From positions 1,756,306 to 1,820,305 of the forward strand of contig NC_057754.1 in NCBI RefSeq assembly GCF_004010195.1: a stretch of DNA of 64,000 nucleotides. The letters run 5' to 3'. This DNA is from Chiloscyllium plagiosum (Eukaryota). Of this stretch, positions 62,073 through 64,000 are shown in pieces (positions within the stretch are counted from its first letter, which is position 1; each line of letters starts with the position of its first letter). A program made the position numbers and the translations under genes. Below the pieces are notes generated by a model. It had not been told where the DNA came from. It did not search any database and saw only the letters and a program-made list of their open reading frames with translations.

Positions 62073-62912
62073 ACTACCTTCAGCCTACTAGCAACTTAGT
62101 GACAACAGAGACAGGCAGGGTGTACAATCAGCATTAGACTCAATCTCACCAGTTTCCACATTGCTGTGTTAACTTAAAATTGCTCTGAGTGAATCTTAGT
62201 ATACACCGCAAAGGGATTTCAGAATTATGCTCAATCCTGTCTAGCTTGCATTCATTGACAAAGCAAACATAGATAGCAAGGTGAGGAATGCTTACATGGG
62301 ATTTTCAGTCTGTGTGGCTCAGTCTGAGAAGGGGAAACCATTTCCATAGTGCTAGAGACTTCAAACGGCACGTGTCATTTTTATGTTCAGCAAATCCCAT
62401 TTCTAAAAGCATCCACAGTTTTGTTCCTGATATTCTTCATTCTGCTATCACCTCTCCCCTTCAATATATTCTACTTTTATTCTTCAGTAGAAGCACTGCA
62501 AAGGATCAAAAATAGGAAAATAAATTTTAAAAAGAAATCCATGGCAATAAACATAATACCATGAAGAAGTCAAACACCTTCTGGTTGGTAAGGAGTTTGT
62601 GTGTTTAAAGTGCTTTACACAGAAACACAAATGAAACCAGTTTTCAATGACGTCTTATTTTCTGAAAACTTGTATGGACAATACAAATATACTTGTAAAG
62701 TGACTGTAGTGAGCAGTGTAAAGCAATGCGACTTACAGGATAGCTGGATGAGGGGTAACTAGGATACGGCATTCTGCAAAACGAGACAGCCTATGATATC
62801 GCATGGAAAATATGCAGCTTCTTTCTCTCTCTCTCCCGCTCCCTGATGATAGGGGAGAAAAGAGAAATAAGTTTTGCTAGCCACAGAACATCAGTTACTT
62901 AGTCTAACATGC

Positions 62913-63104
62913 TTTGAAGATGCCGGTGTTGGATCGGGGTGCACAAAGTTAAAAATTACACAACACCAGGTTATAGTCCAACAGGTTTAATTGGAAGCCC
63001 TAGCTTTCAGAGCGCCACACCTGATGAAGGAGCGGCGCTCCGAAAGCTAGTGTACTTCCAATTAAACCTGTTGGACTATAACCTGGTGTTGTGAGATTTT
63101 TAAT
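62913..63104. mobile_element. Inverted pair of Penelope-like terminal repeats with perfect 14-bp TSD
   Basis: TTAGTCTAACATGC at 62899-62912 and 63105-63118; arms CACAACACCAGGTTATAGTCCAACAGGTTTAATTGGAAG / CTTCCAATTAAACCTGTTGGACTATAACCTGGTGTTGTG. Confidence 0.9.
63017..63053 (+). ncRNA. Minimal hammerhead ribozyme motif (CUA site), best-preserved copy
   Basis: ACAC-CTGATGA-A-GGAGC GGC GCTCC-GAAA-GCTA-GTGT; ACAC pairs with GTGT. Confidence 0.7.
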
Positions 63105-63807
63105 TTAGTCTAACATGCATTTGTATTCTCCCCAGCCCTCACTATGCTGGATTAAGAAGCGGAATTTAAATAGTAGGCGAGTTGCACTGTCTGATGGATT
63201 GGGTGAGCACGGAGAGGCCAATCTAGCTTTGTTCACGTGTTTGTATGTAACTGTGAGAGAATTGTCAATTCTGACTGGGAGGATTTTACTGAGCTGAGTG
63301 TATGGGAAATAAATTAACAGCAGCAGAAATATCATCATTAATCCACTGATATTTCAGCTTCAGCTGTGCATCTTAGTTCACTCTCTTCACACTTAATGCC
63401 AATCTCTGTGTTTTCCAATGCTTTTGACTGTGTGGAGTAAATATTATAGGATGCCTGTGAAGGTGAAATGTCTGAAATGACTTTGATTAAAAGTTTCTAG
63501 GTAACAGCAAAAGGTGAGAATTCTCTTATTTCACTGGGGCAAGCTTTGCAGGCCGGAAACTCAGCAAACCATATATTGAAGGTCTGATTCTAATAATGAG
63601 TTATATCGTTTTGTTTTACACCCTTTTCTGATTTTAAAGGAGTAATATCACAACAAATTATATATGCCTTTGTTCCCTATTTATATTTGTGATATGACTG
63701 TACTCCTTTCAAGTTGTGTGAGGACTTGTACAGAAAATAGTGACCTGCAGTGAACTTAGACATCTAGAGAGACCAGCTCACAAGGCCCATGGAGACAGAT
63801 TTTGTTT

Positions 63808-64000
63808 TCTTTATTGTTGGGATTGCTGCAAGGCCGACATTTATTGCCTATTCTCAGTTGCCTTGAAGAAGATGGTAATGAGCCTCTTTCTGAATCGCCT
63901 TGGGATGCAGGGATACTCATAGAACTGTTAAGCCGGGTGTTCAAGGATTTTGACCCAATGTCAGCAAAACACCGTGGCATATATTCAGTATCACTGGAAC
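63808..64000 (-). mobile_element. Old LINE 3' end related to 47150-47488
   Basis: CATTTATTGCCTATTCTCAGTTGCCTTGAAGAAGATGGT is a diverged reverse complement of the 47400-47445 segment. Confidence 0.55.

Overview
Vertebrate non-coding DNA dominated by transposable elements, with three N gaps. HE1/V-SINEs, a Deu-domain SINE and HER1-like CR1 3' ends point to an elasmobranch (shark); this is an inference. I can support no host protein-coding exon: all credible ORFs are decayed transposon proteins (CR1 ORF1/ORF2, L1 ORF1/ORF2, Penelope GIY-YIG, Gypsy protease/integrase). Most notable: (1) a ~2.85 kb SVA-like composite insertion (about 58 copies of a CpG-rich 39-bp VNTR, unique 3' region, AATAAA and an AATTCT tail) that splits a CR1; (2) a set of Penelope-type terminal repeats carrying minimal hammerhead ribozyme motifs with covarying stem I; (3) a >6 kb degenerate ATGTTCY satellite that matches the CR1 3' tail and abuts a CR1 5' end; (4) an ancient Gypsy element with both LTRs still recognisable; (5) an L1 whose parts are out of order across gaps. 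All calls were made by eye. Family names come from recalled motifs, not database searches, and most boundaries are approximate.
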